This document shows, in pieces, positions 48,110 through 58,886 of a stretch of DNA of 64,000 bases; positions within the stretch are counted from its first letter, which is position 1; each line of letters starts with the position of its first letter. Both the position numbers and the translations under genes were made by a program. The DNA comes from an uncultured Muribaculaceae bacterium (GTDB taxonomy: Bacteria > Bacillota_I > Bacilli_A > RF39 > UBA660). The DNA is taken from positions 4,050 to 68,049 of the forward strand of contig CAYQDO010000001.1 in assembly GCA_964416365.1 (NCBI GenBank), in the 5' to 3' direction. The notes below the pieces were generated by a model. That model made no database searches. It was not told where the DNA came from and saw only the letters and a program-made list of their open reading frames with translations.

Positions 48110-48538
48110 TTATTGTGTTTCTAAAAAATCCTTAACGTTTAACTTTGCTTTATTAATATCTTCAACTATTTTATCTTCATTAATTGCGTAAGTTTCTTTT
48201 AATTCATCAATTAGTATTTCATTGTTCTTAATTAAATTAACTCTCGTATTGATTCTTTTAATAAAATCTTCTATTACTTCTCTAATTCTAAAATCAATAT
48301 CCTTAAGATCATCATCTATATAGACCGGAGCTAAATTTTCTAAAACTCCTAATCTTTCTAAATATCTAGGATCAAAATTATTTTCTTCTAAAATACTGTC
48401 GATTTTACTACTGATTTTAATAATTTCACTAATAAGTTGATCTAATTCTTTACTTAATGTCATAACTCTTACGGTAGCCAAAACTCTCTCTGTTGCTTCT
48501 TTCTCTTCAACACTGTCAAATAAAATATCGTTATCCAT
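48110..48538 (-). CDS. hypothetical acidic cytoplasmic protein
   Basis: 142 aa. Confidence 0.35.
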   Translation of the reverse strand: MDNDILFDSVEEKEATERVLATVRVMTLSKELDQLISEIIKISSKIDSILEENNFDPRYLERLGVLENLAPVYIDDDLKDIDFRIREVIEDFIKRINTRVNLIKNNEILIDELKETYAINEDKIVEDINKAKLNVKDFLETQ

Positions 48539-48565
48539 TTTTATCTCTCCCTTTTTATTCTTTTT

Positions 48566-49123
48566 TTAACTTACGCCGGCTTTTCCATCTACAACTATAT
48601 TTAAATGAATTTCACTACCCAAGGTATCATTGGGTAAATTATATATATCTGGATCAGCAACCCATACTTTTAATTCAAAAGCTTTGGACTGACCAGCTGC
48701 CAAATTACCTTGAAACACTTCCCCATCCGTAATTTCACTCAAAGTTCTAGGACCCGTATTATTAAAATCCACACGAATATAGGCATGATTTAATAACGTT
48801 CTATCCGTATAATCCGGATTGTCAGCTACATAAATTGTATAGCTATAAGGAACTGTACCAGTATTTTGAATAGCAAAAGTATATTCATTATCAGTTAGCA
48901 ATTCAGCTTCTACATCACTCATCGGTTCTATATCTTCGATATTAATGCTCGATCCGCCTGTGAAAGTAATTTGTAAATCACCCACTGTTAAAACCTGAGC
49001 ATTTACGTCTGTTTCAATATCCATAAACAAAGCATAGGAAGAACCCAAGATTGTAATTACCATAACCATAACAGTTATAGCAGAAATAATAAAACGCTTT
49101 CTTAATTGATTCCTTATATACAT
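48566..49123 (-). CDS. TasA/camelysin (peptidase M73)-family secreted protein with a SipW-cognate-type signal
   Basis: ...ITILGSSYA|LFMDIETDVNAQVLTVGDLQITF...IEPMSD...FAIQNTGT aligns with TasA GTWA|AFNDIKS...GTLDL...LKPGD...FQFENNGS. Confidence 0.6.
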   Translation of the reverse strand: MYIRNQLRKRFIISAITVMVMVITILGSSYALFMDIETDVNAQVLTVGDLQITFTGGSSINIEDIEPMSDVEAELLTDNEYTFAIQNTGTVPYSYTIYVADNPDYTDRTLLNHAYIRVDFNNTGPRTLSEITDGEVFQGNLAAGQSKAFELKVWVADPDIYNLPNDTLGSEIHLNIVVDGKAGVS

Positions 49124-49256
49124 GTTATCCCTTTCTTGCTATTACTATTGTACATAATCATTCTATCATCAAAGTAATTTATACGCAATATTTTATTTGC
49201 TTTTTGATTTTTTTTTTGATACAATCAGTATTGTAATTTAAGGAAGGAGCGTAAAA

Positions 49257-49520
49257 ATGCCTAATATTAAAAGTTCTAAAAAGAGCGTTATAACTAGTAG
49301 CAAAACTGCGGATAATAATACTGCATTTTTATCTAAAGTAAAAAATTCTATTAAAAAAATAGAAAAAGCAGTTAAAAATAAAGATAAAGAAAAAGCAACC
49401 GCTGAATTAAAAATTGCTGTTTCTAATATTGATAAATGTGCAAGTAAAGGTATTATGAAAGAAAACACTTGTAATCGTCAAAAAACCAGATTAAATAAAA
49501 TTGTCAAAGAAATGGAATAA
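49257..49520 (+). CDS. rpsT: 30S ribosomal protein S20
   Basis: MPNIKSSKKSVITSSKTADNN...NRQKTRLNKIVK. Confidence 0.85.
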   Translation: MPNIKSSKKSVITSSKTADNNTAFLSKVKNSIKKIEKAVKNKDKEKATAELKIAVSNIDKCASKGIMKENTCNRQKTRLNKIVKEME

Positions 49521-49560
49521 TCATTTCTTTTTTTTTGATATTTTGTTATGATTATCCTAG

Positions 49561-50478
49561 GTGAAAATAATGAAAAAAGCTTTAACCATCATCTTTTTTT
49601 TAGCAGTCACTATTTTAATGGCTTTTCAAATAGATCCCCTTACGGATAAAATAGCTACTCTTCTAAGAAGAGAACCTAAAATAATTGTTTCTAAACCTAA
49701 CAGTTACTATAAAAAACATAATTATAAATTTGTTCAAGAAACTGGAGATTATATTCCTTATGGTAAACAAGATTTATTAAATATATTTTATTCAATATTA
49801 AATAGTGGATATGAAACATTTACTTTCTATTGTCCATCAGAATATACAGAATGCTTAAAAGATGTCAGTTCATTCAATTCTGAAAGTAATATTCTTACTC
49901 ATATTAATAATTTTGTAAGTCCTTTTAATAACTTTTCTGACTTAAAAGTAATATCTGATGAAACTGGAGAAGTAACAATAAAAATTAATAAATTATACAC
50001 ATCTGAAGAAATTAACGCTATCAATAATAAAATCGAAAAAATTATTGCCGAAGAACTACAAGGTGAAATGAGTATTGAAGATAAAATCTTAAAAATTCAT
50101 GATTACGTTATTTCTCACACTAAATACGATGAAGACAGAATTAATGATATTATTAAATATAAATCTAATATTGCCTATGGACCATTAATGGAAAACTATG
50201 GTATCTGTGGTGGATATGCTGATTCAATGGCACTCTTTTTAAATAAATGGAATGTTCCAAACTTTAAAGTCTCATCAAGCACACATGTTTGGAATGCTGT
50301 TTATATTAATGAAAAATGGTTGCATTTAGACTTAACTTGGGATGATCCAGTAAGTGAAGATCGTTCAATTAATAACCTACTCCACAAATTTTATTTAATA
50401 GATACTAAAACTTTAGAAGAATATAAAATTACGGATCACGATTTCGATAAATTGATTTACCGAGAGCTGGCCAATTAA
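49561..50478 (+). CDS. secreted transglutaminase-like cysteine protease domain protein
   Basis: Signal peptide. The Cys/His/Asp core is GICGGYA...THVWNAVY...LDLTWDDP. Confidence 0.65.
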   Translation: MKIMKKALTIIFFLAVTILMAFQIDPLTDKIATLLRREPKIIVSKPNSYYKKHNYKFVQETGDYIPYGKQDLLNIFYSILNSGYETFTFYCPSEYTECLKDVSSFNSESNILTHINNFVSPFNNFSDLKVISDETGEVTIKINKLYTSEEINAINNKIEKIIAEELQGEMSIEDKILKIHDYVISHTKYDEDRINDIIKYKSNIAYGPLMENYGICGGYADSMALFLNKWNVPNFKVSSSTHVWNAVYINEKWLHLDLTWDDPVSEDRSINNLLHKFYLIDTKTLEEYKITDHDFDKLIYRELAN

Positions 50479-51445
50479 TAATCTTAAACTCTTTATTATA
50501 TAAATAAAGAGTTTTTATTATACTAGCAATTGGTGTCGAAATAACCATGCCAAATATACCGAAAAAATAACCGAAAAATATAAGACTTATCATTATTAAT
50601 ATCGGATTGATTTTAACAGATTTACTCATTATGTATGGATGGATGAAAGAACTTTCAATCAGTTGAAAAACAACGATAATAATTAAAATAGCTATCCCTA
50701 ATTTATAGCTAACATTAAAAGCCACGATTACCGATGGTATTCCCCCAATGTAAGGACCAACATATGGAATTATATTAGTAATTGATATTAAAACCGCAAA
50801 TAAGAGAGCATATGGAAGCTTAGCAATCCAAAAACTAATTAGACATAAGAAAAGCAAAATTATTGTATCTAATAATGTTCCTCTTACAAAAGCTTTTAAA
50901 TTGATACTTAATCGGTATATGAGTTTAGGAGGAACCCTTTTAGCAAAAAATCTACTAACAGATTCATGATTAGTTAAAAAAAAGAAACTAATAAATAAAG
51001 AATAAAATATAGTTGCTAAAATATCTTTTAAATTATTAGTATATTTATTTAATACTTCTAAAATTTTAGTCCCTATCATACTTAAATCAATCCGATTTAA
51101 AATTCTTGGGTCTAAGTTTTCATACATATTAATAATTTGGGGAATTAAAGTTTTAACTTCATGAATAATAACAGGTATACTTAAGTAACTTACTACACCA
51201 ATTATTATAGCTAGCAAAGCATAAGTCATAATAGTACTGAGTAAAGTTTTAAAATATTTATTAAAATAAAGCATAACAGGTTTAACAAGCCAAGCAATAG
51301 CATATCCCCAAAAAAGCGGAGATATTAAAGTTAAAATGGTATGACAAAAATCTAATACTTTAAATTCTTTAATAATAAAAATAGCGAGTAAAGTATTAGC
51401 TAATATTAAAAAAAGATTGATAAGTTTTTTATTCTTAAATTTCAT
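50429..51445 (-). CDS. AI-2E family transporter-like (PerM/UPF0118) membrane protein
   Basis: 338 aa, about 8 TM segments. Confidence 0.45.
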   Translation of the reverse strand: MKFKNKKLINLFLILANTLLAIFIIKEFKVLDFCHTILTLISPLFWGYAIAWLVKPVMLYFNKYFKTLLSTIMTYALLAIIIGVVSYLSIPVIIHEVKTLIPQIINMYENLDPRILNRIDLSMIGTKILEVLNKYTNNLKDILATIFYSLFISFFFLTNHESVSRFFAKRVPPKLIYRLSINLKAFVRGTLLDTIILLFLCLISFWIAKLPYALLFAVLISITNIIPYVGPYIGGIPSVIVAFNVSYKLGIAILIIIVVFQLIESSFIHPYIMSKSVKINPILIMISLIFFGYFFGIFGMVISTPIASIIKTLYLYNKEFKIINWPALGKSIYRNRDP

Positions 51446-51483
51446 ATTATATTTTTGCCAAAAAAAAGAAGTTTATACAACTC

Positions 51484-51637
51484 CTTATTTTAAGGTACTT
51501 TGCATTTGACCTAAAGTATCATTGATTTTCTTTTTCACTTGATACTTATTTTTATTTAATGACTCCATACCCATATAAGCGCCTGCTCCACAAGCAGCTC
51601 CCAAAGCAAATAACATAACATTTGAAAACGCTTTCAT
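51484..51637 (-). CDS. small membrane protein (51 aa)
   Basis: AAGGAG RBS 8 nt before the ATG. Translation: MKAFSNVMLFALGAACGAGAYMGMESLNKNKYQVKKKINDTLGQMQSTLK. Not in the track because it is under 60 aa. Confidence 0.4.
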
Positions 51638-51660
51638 ATATTCAACTCCTTAATTATATT

Positions 51661-53856
51661 TTAACCAGGAATATTTAAATTATACAAAATTCTTTGTTTT
51701 AAAGATGTCTTTCTTATTTCACTATAATTATTAGCAACAGCTTTTTCTAAAGCTTTTATACTACCAATTAATACCAGACTTTTCTTAGCCCTAGAAACAC
51801 CAGTATATAACAGTTTATTATAAAGCATGCGATTATAATTAAATGTAATTGGCATAATTACATGATCAAATTCACTACCTTGACTTTTATGTATACTAAT
51901 AGCATAAGCGTGGGTTATAGTACTCAAATCTTCCTTTTTATAAGAAACTAAATTATCATCATAACGAATTATTATTTCTTTATTATCTAAATCGATTTCT
52001 TTAATATATCCGATATCACCATTGTATATATTATCATCAATATTATTGACTAAATTTAAAACTTTATCCCCTTCTCTATAGCTAATACCAAAATAAGATA
52101 ATTCCGCTTTATTTTTCTTTGATGGATTAAAAACATTCTGCAAAAGGGCATTTAAATTATCTATACCATTTTCTCCCTTATACATTGGCGCAAGAACTTG
52201 AAGTTTAGTGGCATCAATCTTTTTTTTCTGGCATTTATCTAATATCTGTTTGATTACATTTTTTATGTCACCACTAACTGTTTCAATAAAATTATAATCA
52301 TCCTTTTTTGATAAAAGATCAGAAGTTAAATTTACTTCTTTGATTTCTTTAGCTAAAATCGGAATAAATGAGTTCTCACTTTGGCGATAAATAAATTCAA
52401 GTCTTGTATGAGTAATAGCATCACTGTTAATCATATCATGTAAAACTAAACCTGGTCCAACACTGGGAAGTTGATACTCATCACCCACAAATACAATTTG
52501 CGTATTATGCAAATCTAAACCTTTAAAAAGTGATGATAACAAATGATTATCAATCATTGATGTTTCATCAATTATAATTAATTTATAATATAATTTATTA
52601 AATTCATTTACTCCGAAAATATTACGTTCTTGGTCCCATTTTAAAAAACGATGAATCGTACTAGCCGGCATTGCCGTAGTTTCCGCCATTCTCTTAGCTG
52701 CTCTTCCCGTTGGGGCAAGTAATAAAATATCATTTGGTAAATCTTTAAAAGAAATATTATTTAATGCTGCGTAAATATTAATAATGCCATTAATAATTGT
52801 GGTCTTTCCGGTCCCAGGACCTCCCGTAATAATCGAAATATTATTAGTTAATGCCCTTCTAATAGCTGTAATTTGTTCATCATTATATTTAATAATATAC
52901 TTAGTGGAAATCATTTTTAAATGTTTATCAAAATCTACAATTTTTTTTGGTTTACTATTTATTAAACTACCTAAAGAAGTAGCATTATTAATTTCATCTA
53001 AATAGTCTTCGATTAAATAATAATCGTTATTAACAATTATTATTTTTTTATTCAAATACAGTTTCTCTAATGTTTCATCAATTAATGTATATATTTTATA
53101 GTTTTTGGCTAAATATTCCACTATTTCAATTTTATCTAAATAAATATCGCCACTATTAAAAGTTGAATTTTTCATAGCCTGAATAGTGCACGCTTCTATT
53201 CTTCTTTCATCTTCATAATTTTGATCTGTAAGAAATATTTGATCTAATTTCTTAAAATCGATTAAGTCTGATAAAAGATAAATATTTTCTTCGATAACAT
53301 CTTTAATGCCCGTATCATAAATATTTAATAATTTCATTGCTTCTTTTATTGTAAAACCTAAGCTTTGCAAATATTTGATATTCTCATTAGCATTATAATA
53401 CTTAAGTATTGATTCATATATTATACAAGCTCTTTTTTCGGTCATCTTTGGTACTAAAAGTAAGTTTTGTTTATTTTCTTTTATTTTACTTAATGCTTCA
53501 TTTCCAAAAAGTTCAATTATTTTTCCAGCAGTTTTTTCTCCACAGCCTTTAACAAAACTACTAGTTAAAAACTCCATAATAGCATCTTTTTCTTCAGGAG
53601 TTACGATTTCATAATGACTGACTTGAAACTGATAACCGTAGCGATTGTGAAAAATATATTCTCCTTCAAAACAATAAGTAATATCTTTAGAAAGTTCAGA
53701 AAAATATCCCGTAAAGGTTATCGTCTTGTTAGTTTCAATCTCTTCATGATTAGTCTCTTGAACACGAAAAAGACCGACTTTATAGCCAGTTTCTGATTCG
53801 TAAATTAATGATTTAAATTTGCCTTTTATGTAATTCATAAATTGATTGTACCACAT
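51661..53856 (-). CDS. recD2: RecD2-type SF1 DNA helicase (YrrC-like)
   Basis: 731 aa. Walker A ITGGPGTGKTT plus SF1 motifs. Confidence 0.8.
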   Translation of the reverse strand: MWYNQFMNYIKGKFKSLIYESETGYKVGLFRVQETNHEEIETNKTITFTGYFSELSKDITYCFEGEYIFHNRYGYQFQVSHYEIVTPEEKDAIMEFLTSSFVKGCGEKTAGKIIELFGNEALSKIKENKQNLLLVPKMTEKRACIIYESILKYYNANENIKYLQSLGFTIKEAMKLLNIYDTGIKDVIEENIYLLSDLIDFKKLDQIFLTDQNYEDERRIEACTIQAMKNSTFNSGDIYLDKIEIVEYLAKNYKIYTLIDETLEKLYLNKKIIIVNNDYYLIEDYLDEINNATSLGSLINSKPKKIVDFDKHLKMISTKYIIKYNDEQITAIRRALTNNISIITGGPGTGKTTIINGIINIYAALNNISFKDLPNDILLLAPTGRAAKRMAETTAMPASTIHRFLKWDQERNIFGVNEFNKLYYKLIIIDETSMIDNHLLSSLFKGLDLHNTQIVFVGDEYQLPSVGPGLVLHDMINSDAITHTRLEFIYRQSENSFIPILAKEIKEVNLTSDLLSKKDDYNFIETVSGDIKNVIKQILDKCQKKKIDATKLQVLAPMYKGENGIDNLNALLQNVFNPSKKNKAELSYFGISYREGDKVLNLVNNIDDNIYNGDIGYIKEIDLDNKEIIIRYDDNLVSYKKEDLSTITHAYAISIHKSQGSEFDHVIMPITFNYNRMLYNKLLYTGVSRAKKSLVLIGSIKALEKAVANNYSEIRKTSLKQRILYNLNIPG

Positions 53857-53874
53857 TATTTTAGGTTATTAAAA

Positions 53875-54825
53875 TTATTTATTTAAAGTTTGATCTTTAG
53901 AAACAGCAATTATCGGTGGTTCTAAGATATAATCTTTTCCATATTTTTTCCCAGTATGTCTTTCCGCTATTTCAATGGCTTCATTGTAATAACCATTAAT
54001 TTTAGCTTCCATATTTTTAATATCTTGATCACTATAAAAACCATACTGATCACTAGTCATTATCTTTAAGTCTTCAATAGCTCCAGCTGCTTTCATTAAT
54101 AATGGTTTTTCATTGCCAAAATCAATATCACTAGGAGCTCCTTCTCCTAAATATCCTACAACATATTTTTTATCACGCCAGTATGAGATATTTTGCGGAT
54201 TAATTTCTGAAGCTGGTATATCAAAAGTTTGACTGACAAAATAATCCATAGCATCCCATTCATTTACTTCACCATAAGATGCTGTATAACCAAATCGTTC
54301 AAGGGCAGATTCTGGTACATCTATTTTTATTACTTGTCCTTCAAAAATAATACTTGCATTTTCAATGCCATTATTACTACATATTCTATTTATTTCCTTT
54401 TGAATATTGGAATCAGTATATGATCTAACAATTCCTTCTAAAGTATCACCAAATTTAATTTTATATTGAATAGTAGCTCTTTCTTCTGGTTTTTCTTCTT
54501 GATTCATCACATTTTCGATAGCTATCTGATCATTTTCTAAAGCTTCAAAATGGCCTTTACAACCGGTAAAAGAAGTTGCCATTAAGATGACAAATGACCC
54601 GGCAATTATTCTACGGTATAAATCAGGATTTTTTTTAAGATATAAAACAACATTTTCTGGTATATTTTCTAATTTATTTTTAATAATTTCCCAGTTTTGA
54701 AGAATCGATTTTTTTAAACCTTTAGGTATAGCTTTTTCAATATTCTTTACATATCCCGTGACCATTCCACTAACTGGTTCTTCTTCAATTGATCCTTTAT
54801 AATTGAATTCTTCTATTGCTCTCAT
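53875..54825 (-). CDS. LysM domain-containing membrane protein
   Basis: One TM segment, and a LysM-like IQYKIKFGDTLEGIV. Confidence 0.5.
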   Translation of the reverse strand: MRAIEEFNYKGSIEEEPVSGMVTGYVKNIEKAIPKGLKKSILQNWEIIKNKLENIPENVVLYLKKNPDLYRRIIAGSFVILMATSFTGCKGHFEALENDQIAIENVMNQEEKPEERATIQYKIKFGDTLEGIVRSYTDSNIQKEINRICSNNGIENASIIFEGQVIKIDVPESALERFGYTASYGEVNEWDAMDYFVSQTFDIPASEINPQNISYWRDKKYVVGYLGEGAPSDIDFGNEKPLLMKAAGAIEDLKIMTSDQYGFYSDQDIKNMEAKINGYYNEAIEIAERHTGKKYGKDYILEPPIIAVSKDQTLNK

Positions 54826-54850
54826 TTTCTCTCTCCTATTATTAAATTAA

Positions 54851-56122
54851 TTATACAGCCTTAACATGATCTTTGTCAATTTTTGTAATAAGAGAATCAT
54901 AAAATTCATTGTTATTTAATCTTTTATTAATCATTATCTTAATATAATTTGAAGTATGCCCTACCGAGTGATTATCATTTACTTCTTCAATTAAAACACT
55001 TAATTTTTGATCTAAGAACTTCTTATAGTAATTTTGTTCTAGTTCATTAGAAATAGCAATAAGTCTTTTACTTCTTTCTTTTTTAATTTTACTTGATACG
55101 ATATCTTGAAAAGTTGCTGCTACAGTGCCATCTCTTTTAGAATATGGAAAAACATGGATTTTCCCAAAACCAATCTCAGTAGATGTTCTAATAGTATTTT
55201 CAAAATCCTCTTCAGTTTCAGTTGGAAAACCAACTATAATATCAGTTGTAATATTGATATTAGGTCTAATTAAGCGAATTACCTTGATTTTATTTTTAAA
55301 ATATTCCACATCATACTTACGGTTCATCTTTTTTAATACAGGATCACTACCACTTTGTATTGGAATATGCAAATGATCACAAATTTTAGGATTGATTTTT
55401 AGTTCATTTAAAAATTCTTCAGTTAGTTCCGTAATTTCAATACTGCTTATTCTAATTCTTTCTAAATTTTTAATATTACTTATTCTTTTTATTAAAGTCA
55501 CTAGATTATAAGTAGTTCCTGATCCATAACTTCCAGTATGAATACCAGTTAATACGATTTCTTTATAACCATTGTTAGTTAAGTCTTCGATTTCTTTAAC
55601 CGCTATATCAAGATCTTTATTACGAATCCTGCCTCTAACGTAAGGAATAATACAATAAGAGCAAAAATTATTACATCCATCTTGAATTTTAACGAAGGCT
55701 CTCGTTCTTCCCATAAAATTATGAATACGCATATCTTCAAAATCAACCTCATTTAAATCATAAAATCTGGTTATCGTGTTTTTAGAAATAAGAAATTCAT
55801 TTAATAATTCTAAAATCTTACTCTTATCTTTATTACCAATTAAAATATCAATACCTAAATCCTTTATTTCAGCTTGATGAAGTTGAGACATACAACCGGT
55901 CACTATTACTGTGCAGTTCGGATTTAATCTCCTTGCTTGTCTAATTATTTTACGACTTTTACTATCACTTTGATTAGTAACACTGCAAGTATTTATAATG
56001 ACTATATCAGGATAATTATGAATTTCCACCGTTTCATAGCCTTTTTCTGTAAAAAGACTTTTCATAAATTCACTTTCATAAGTATTAACTTTACATCCCA
56101 ATGTTTCTATACAAAATTTCAT
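54851..56122 (-). CDS. mtaB: radical-SAM methylthiotransferase (MiaB/MtaB family)
   Basis: An N-terminal MTTase domain (LGCKVN), a CNNFCSYC radical-SAM cluster and a TRAM-like C-terminus. 423 aa. Confidence 0.75.
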   Translation of the reverse strand: MKFCIETLGCKVNTYESEFMKSLFTEKGYETVEIHNYPDIVIINTCSVTNQSDSKSRKIIRQARRLNPNCTVIVTGCMSQLHQAEIKDLGIDILIGNKDKSKILELLNEFLISKNTITRFYDLNEVDFEDMRIHNFMGRTRAFVKIQDGCNNFCSYCIIPYVRGRIRNKDLDIAVKEIEDLTNNGYKEIVLTGIHTGSYGSGTTYNLVTLIKRISNIKNLERIRISSIEITELTEEFLNELKINPKICDHLHIPIQSGSDPVLKKMNRKYDVEYFKNKIKVIRLIRPNINITTDIIVGFPTETEEDFENTIRTSTEIGFGKIHVFPYSKRDGTVAATFQDIVSSKIKKERSKRLIAISNELEQNYYKKFLDQKLSVLIEEVNDNHSVGHTSNYIKIMINKRLNNNEFYDSLITKIDKDHVKAV

Positions 56123-56147
56123 ATTTTTACTCCTTAAAAAAAGCCAT

Positions 56148-56663
56148 TTAGTGGCTTAGTTTTTCTTGTAATTCCTTTAAAGCTTTTAAAAACGCCTCTT
56201 CGGTATCATATGGCATTAATTTAACTTCTAATTTTGGTTCTTCTGATATTTTAGTTAAATCACTAGTTAAATTAATCTTTTTAATACTTATTTCCGGAAT
56301 TTCAGAGGAATACTCATCATCATAATCAATTCCGACGGTATTTTTTTTATTCACTAATTCTTCATAGCTAATAATTGCACTTTGTTCTTGTTCAACTTCA
56401 TAAGGTGTTAACCTTATAGTTTCAGGTTTATAATCTTTTTCAATAGCTTTGGTAACTGCTTCTAGATCAAAGTCATCCTTTAAAACAAATTCTTTTTCTT
56501 TTTTAGAATCTTCTTCTGCATCACTTAGCTTAATTAAATATAAAACATAAATAAATAAAACTACAAGTAAAAAAGTCCCTATAAAGAACAAATAGTCTCC
56601 CATACTAAACGAATAAATAAAACCTAATAAATTTTTGATTACTTCTTTCATTTTCTCCACCAA
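56148..56663 (-). CDS. membrane-anchored acidic hypothetical protein
   Basis: 171 aa with one N-terminal TM segment. Confidence 0.4.
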   Translation of the reverse strand: MVEKMKEVIKNLLGFIYSFSMGDYLFFIGTFLLVVLFIYVLYLIKLSDAEEDSKKEKEFVLKDDFDLEAVTKAIEKDYKPETIRLTPYEVEQEQSAIISYEELVNKKNTVGIDYDDEYSSEIPEISIKKINLTSDLTKISEEPKLEVKLMPYDTEEAFLKALKELQEKLSH

Positions 56664-56680
56664 AATTTCTTTCTATTATA

Positions 56681-57394
56681 CTATACTAAAATTAAAGCTG
56701 CAAGTATTCCCAATAGATTGTTTAATGCATGAGGCACTATAACAAAATATATATTATTTTTTCTTTCATATATGTAAGCTAATGTCACTCCTAGAGCCAC
56801 ATAAACAATGGATTGAGCAATCGCTAAAGCTATACCTAAATCAGTTGGGAATACATGCATTAATCCGAATATTAATCCGCTTATTAAGATATACACTTTT
56901 TTATTATCAATAACTTTTTTAAAACCTAACCTGAAAATTCCTTCTTCAACTATGGGTGCTAAAATTACTGAGGATATTAGCATCATCAAAGGTGCATTAT
57001 GAATTAAAAGCTCTATAATCTTTTGATTATTACTCTCAGCAAATTCAATGCCGAGAAATAAACAAATGACTGATGTTATTACTGAAGCAGCTATCTTAAC
57101 AATGAAAAGCAAGCCAAAATTAATGAGACATTCTTTCCAATTATTTTTTGAATTCTTTTTAAATTCATTCCAATCGACAATAAATTTTCGATAATAGAAA
57201 ATAATTACGATGAAGGTTAAACATAGTTCAATTAAAGTATCGGCATAAGCGGTATCTTTAGAACTAAATAAACTGATATCAAATCCGAACTTAACAAAAA
57301 GATAAGTAAATATGTTACCAATATTAAAAAATATTACTAGTAACATAATTAACTTTATTATATTGTAAACTTTTTTTTGCACATTAACCTCCAA
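56681..57394 (-). CDS. CPBP-family intramembrane metalloprotease (CAAX protease/Abi)
   Basis: EEGIFR, FGLMH and HALNN motifs. Confidence 0.7.
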   Translation of the reverse strand: MEVNVQKKVYNIIKLIMLLVIFFNIGNIFTYLFVKFGFDISLFSSKDTAYADTLIELCLTFIVIIFYYRKFIVDWNEFKKNSKNNWKECLINFGLLFIVKIAASVITSVICLFLGIEFAESNNQKIIELLIHNAPLMMLISSVILAPIVEEGIFRLGFKKVIDNKKVYILISGLIFGLMHVFPTDLGIALAIAQSIVYVALGVTLAYIYERKNNIYFVIVPHALNNLLGILAALILV

Positions 57395-58139
57395 GTAGCT
57401 TAGCTAGTAAAATACTACCAAATAAATTGAATAAAACAAAAGTCATAATGCTATAACATATATTTGTGTTATTCTTGCGATATATATAACTTAAAGCAAA
57501 ATAAATAGCAAAATAAGGTATTATATTAATAATTATTTCGATATATGAAGAAGACATTTGAAGTCCAGCTATTAAAGCTGCTACTAATCCACTAAATAGC
57601 ATGGCTTTTTTCTTAGAATAAATTAAATTGTTTATTCCTAAAACATAAACTATTACTTGGGTTATCGGAATAATTAAAACATTTTTGAGAGATTGCAAAA
57701 CCCAATAAACACTAATAGATTTTGTAAAAATATTATAAGTTCCCACACTAGTATAATTAACTTCAAAAGTTGCTGCTATTTGCTCTCCTATATAATTAGT
57801 TACAAAAATAACTAAAGTTAATACTACAAAAAAGACAATAGACATTAACGTATTAGGAAAAAAATTTCTTTTAAATCTTCTTAAATCAGTTAAATCTTCT
57901 CTACACAAATACAACATAATAATTAATACTATTAAATAATATACAACTGTTAATATTTCTTTAGTTAAATTACTCAAAACGGAAGAATTTATACCAATCC
58001 AAGGTAATATTGAAAAGAAATATTTTTCACCATAATTTATTAGTAATATACCCAAAAGAATTTTAATTAATTGTGATAAACTACTTTTCATACTCTCTTC
58101 TCCTATTTTAATAATATAGCAAATCCTCTTTTGAAACAA
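57384..58139 (-). CDS. polytopic membrane protein, hypothetical
   Basis: 251 aa, co-oriented and overlapping with the CPBP gene. Confidence 0.4.
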   Translation of the reverse strand: MFQKRICYIIKIGEESMKSSLSQLIKILLGILLINYGEKYFFSILPWIGINSSVLSNLTKEILTVVYYLIVLIIMLYLCREDLTDLRRFKRNFFPNTLMSIVFFVVLTLVIFVTNYIGEQIAATFEVNYTSVGTYNIFTKSISVYWVLQSLKNVLIIPITQVIVYVLGINNLIYSKKKAMLFSGLVAALIAGLQMSSSYIEIIINIIPYFAIYFALSYIYRKNNTNICYSIMTFVLFNLFGSILLAKLLGG

Positions 58140-58188
58140 ATTAAAAAGTGTAAATACTTGTATATTTTACACTTTTTGTATACATTTG

Positions 58189-58848
58189 TTAGGCGTTGAC
58201 ATCTGAGCGGCGAATAATATATACTTGTTTATTTTTATAAAAAGCACAGAACACATCGCTTGGTTGTAGTTGCCTACTTTGCAGATATAATTTGAGCCAT
58301 AAAGTAGTTTTTTTTATATTTTTTAAAGTTTCTTTTTGGATAACACCATCAACAATAACCGGTAAAGGATAACTACCCGGCAATTTAAAGAAATTATATT
58401 TAAATATAGATAGTTTGCCGTTACTTTCTAAAAAGGCAAATTCTACTTCCTCAATACTTTTAATACCTGCCTGTCTTAAACTTATTAAAAGATCGTCAAT
58501 AGTATATCTTTGTTTAATCATTTCCTTATAGTTTATAACACCTTTATTAATAATTAAACTAGCCTTGCCACTAAATAAAGTTCGAAATGTTCGTGATTTC
58601 ATACTAAAACAAGCAAAAACAATTTCAAAAACTACTAAAATGCAAATGGGAATAATCGTTAAAAAAATGGAATCTTCTATGTTTTCTATACTAATAGCGC
58701 ATAATTCAGCAATTAAAATGGAAACAATCAGGTCAATTATTCCTAACTGTCCCACTTCTCTTTTACCCATTAGTCGGTAACATAAGGTAACAAAAAAATA
58801 AAAGAATATGGTCCTTAATACTACGGTAAATAAATCCATTATCTTCAC
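58189..58848 (-). CDS. DUF421 (YetF/YdfS-like) membrane protein
   Basis: N-terminal TM helices with the conserved RLMGKREVGQLGIIDLIV. Confidence 0.6.
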   Translation of the reverse strand: MKIMDLFTVVLRTIFFYFFVTLCYRLMGKREVGQLGIIDLIVSILIAELCAISIENIEDSIFLTIIPICILVVFEIVFACFSMKSRTFRTLFSGKASLIINKGVINYKEMIKQRYTIDDLLISLRQAGIKSIEEVEFAFLESNGKLSIFKYNFFKLPGSYPLPVIVDGVIQKETLKNIKKTTLWLKLYLQSRQLQPSDVFCAFYKNKQVYIIRRSDVNA

Positions 58849-58886
58849 CTAAGTATATTATGGCTATTCTTTTATTTTTTTAATCA

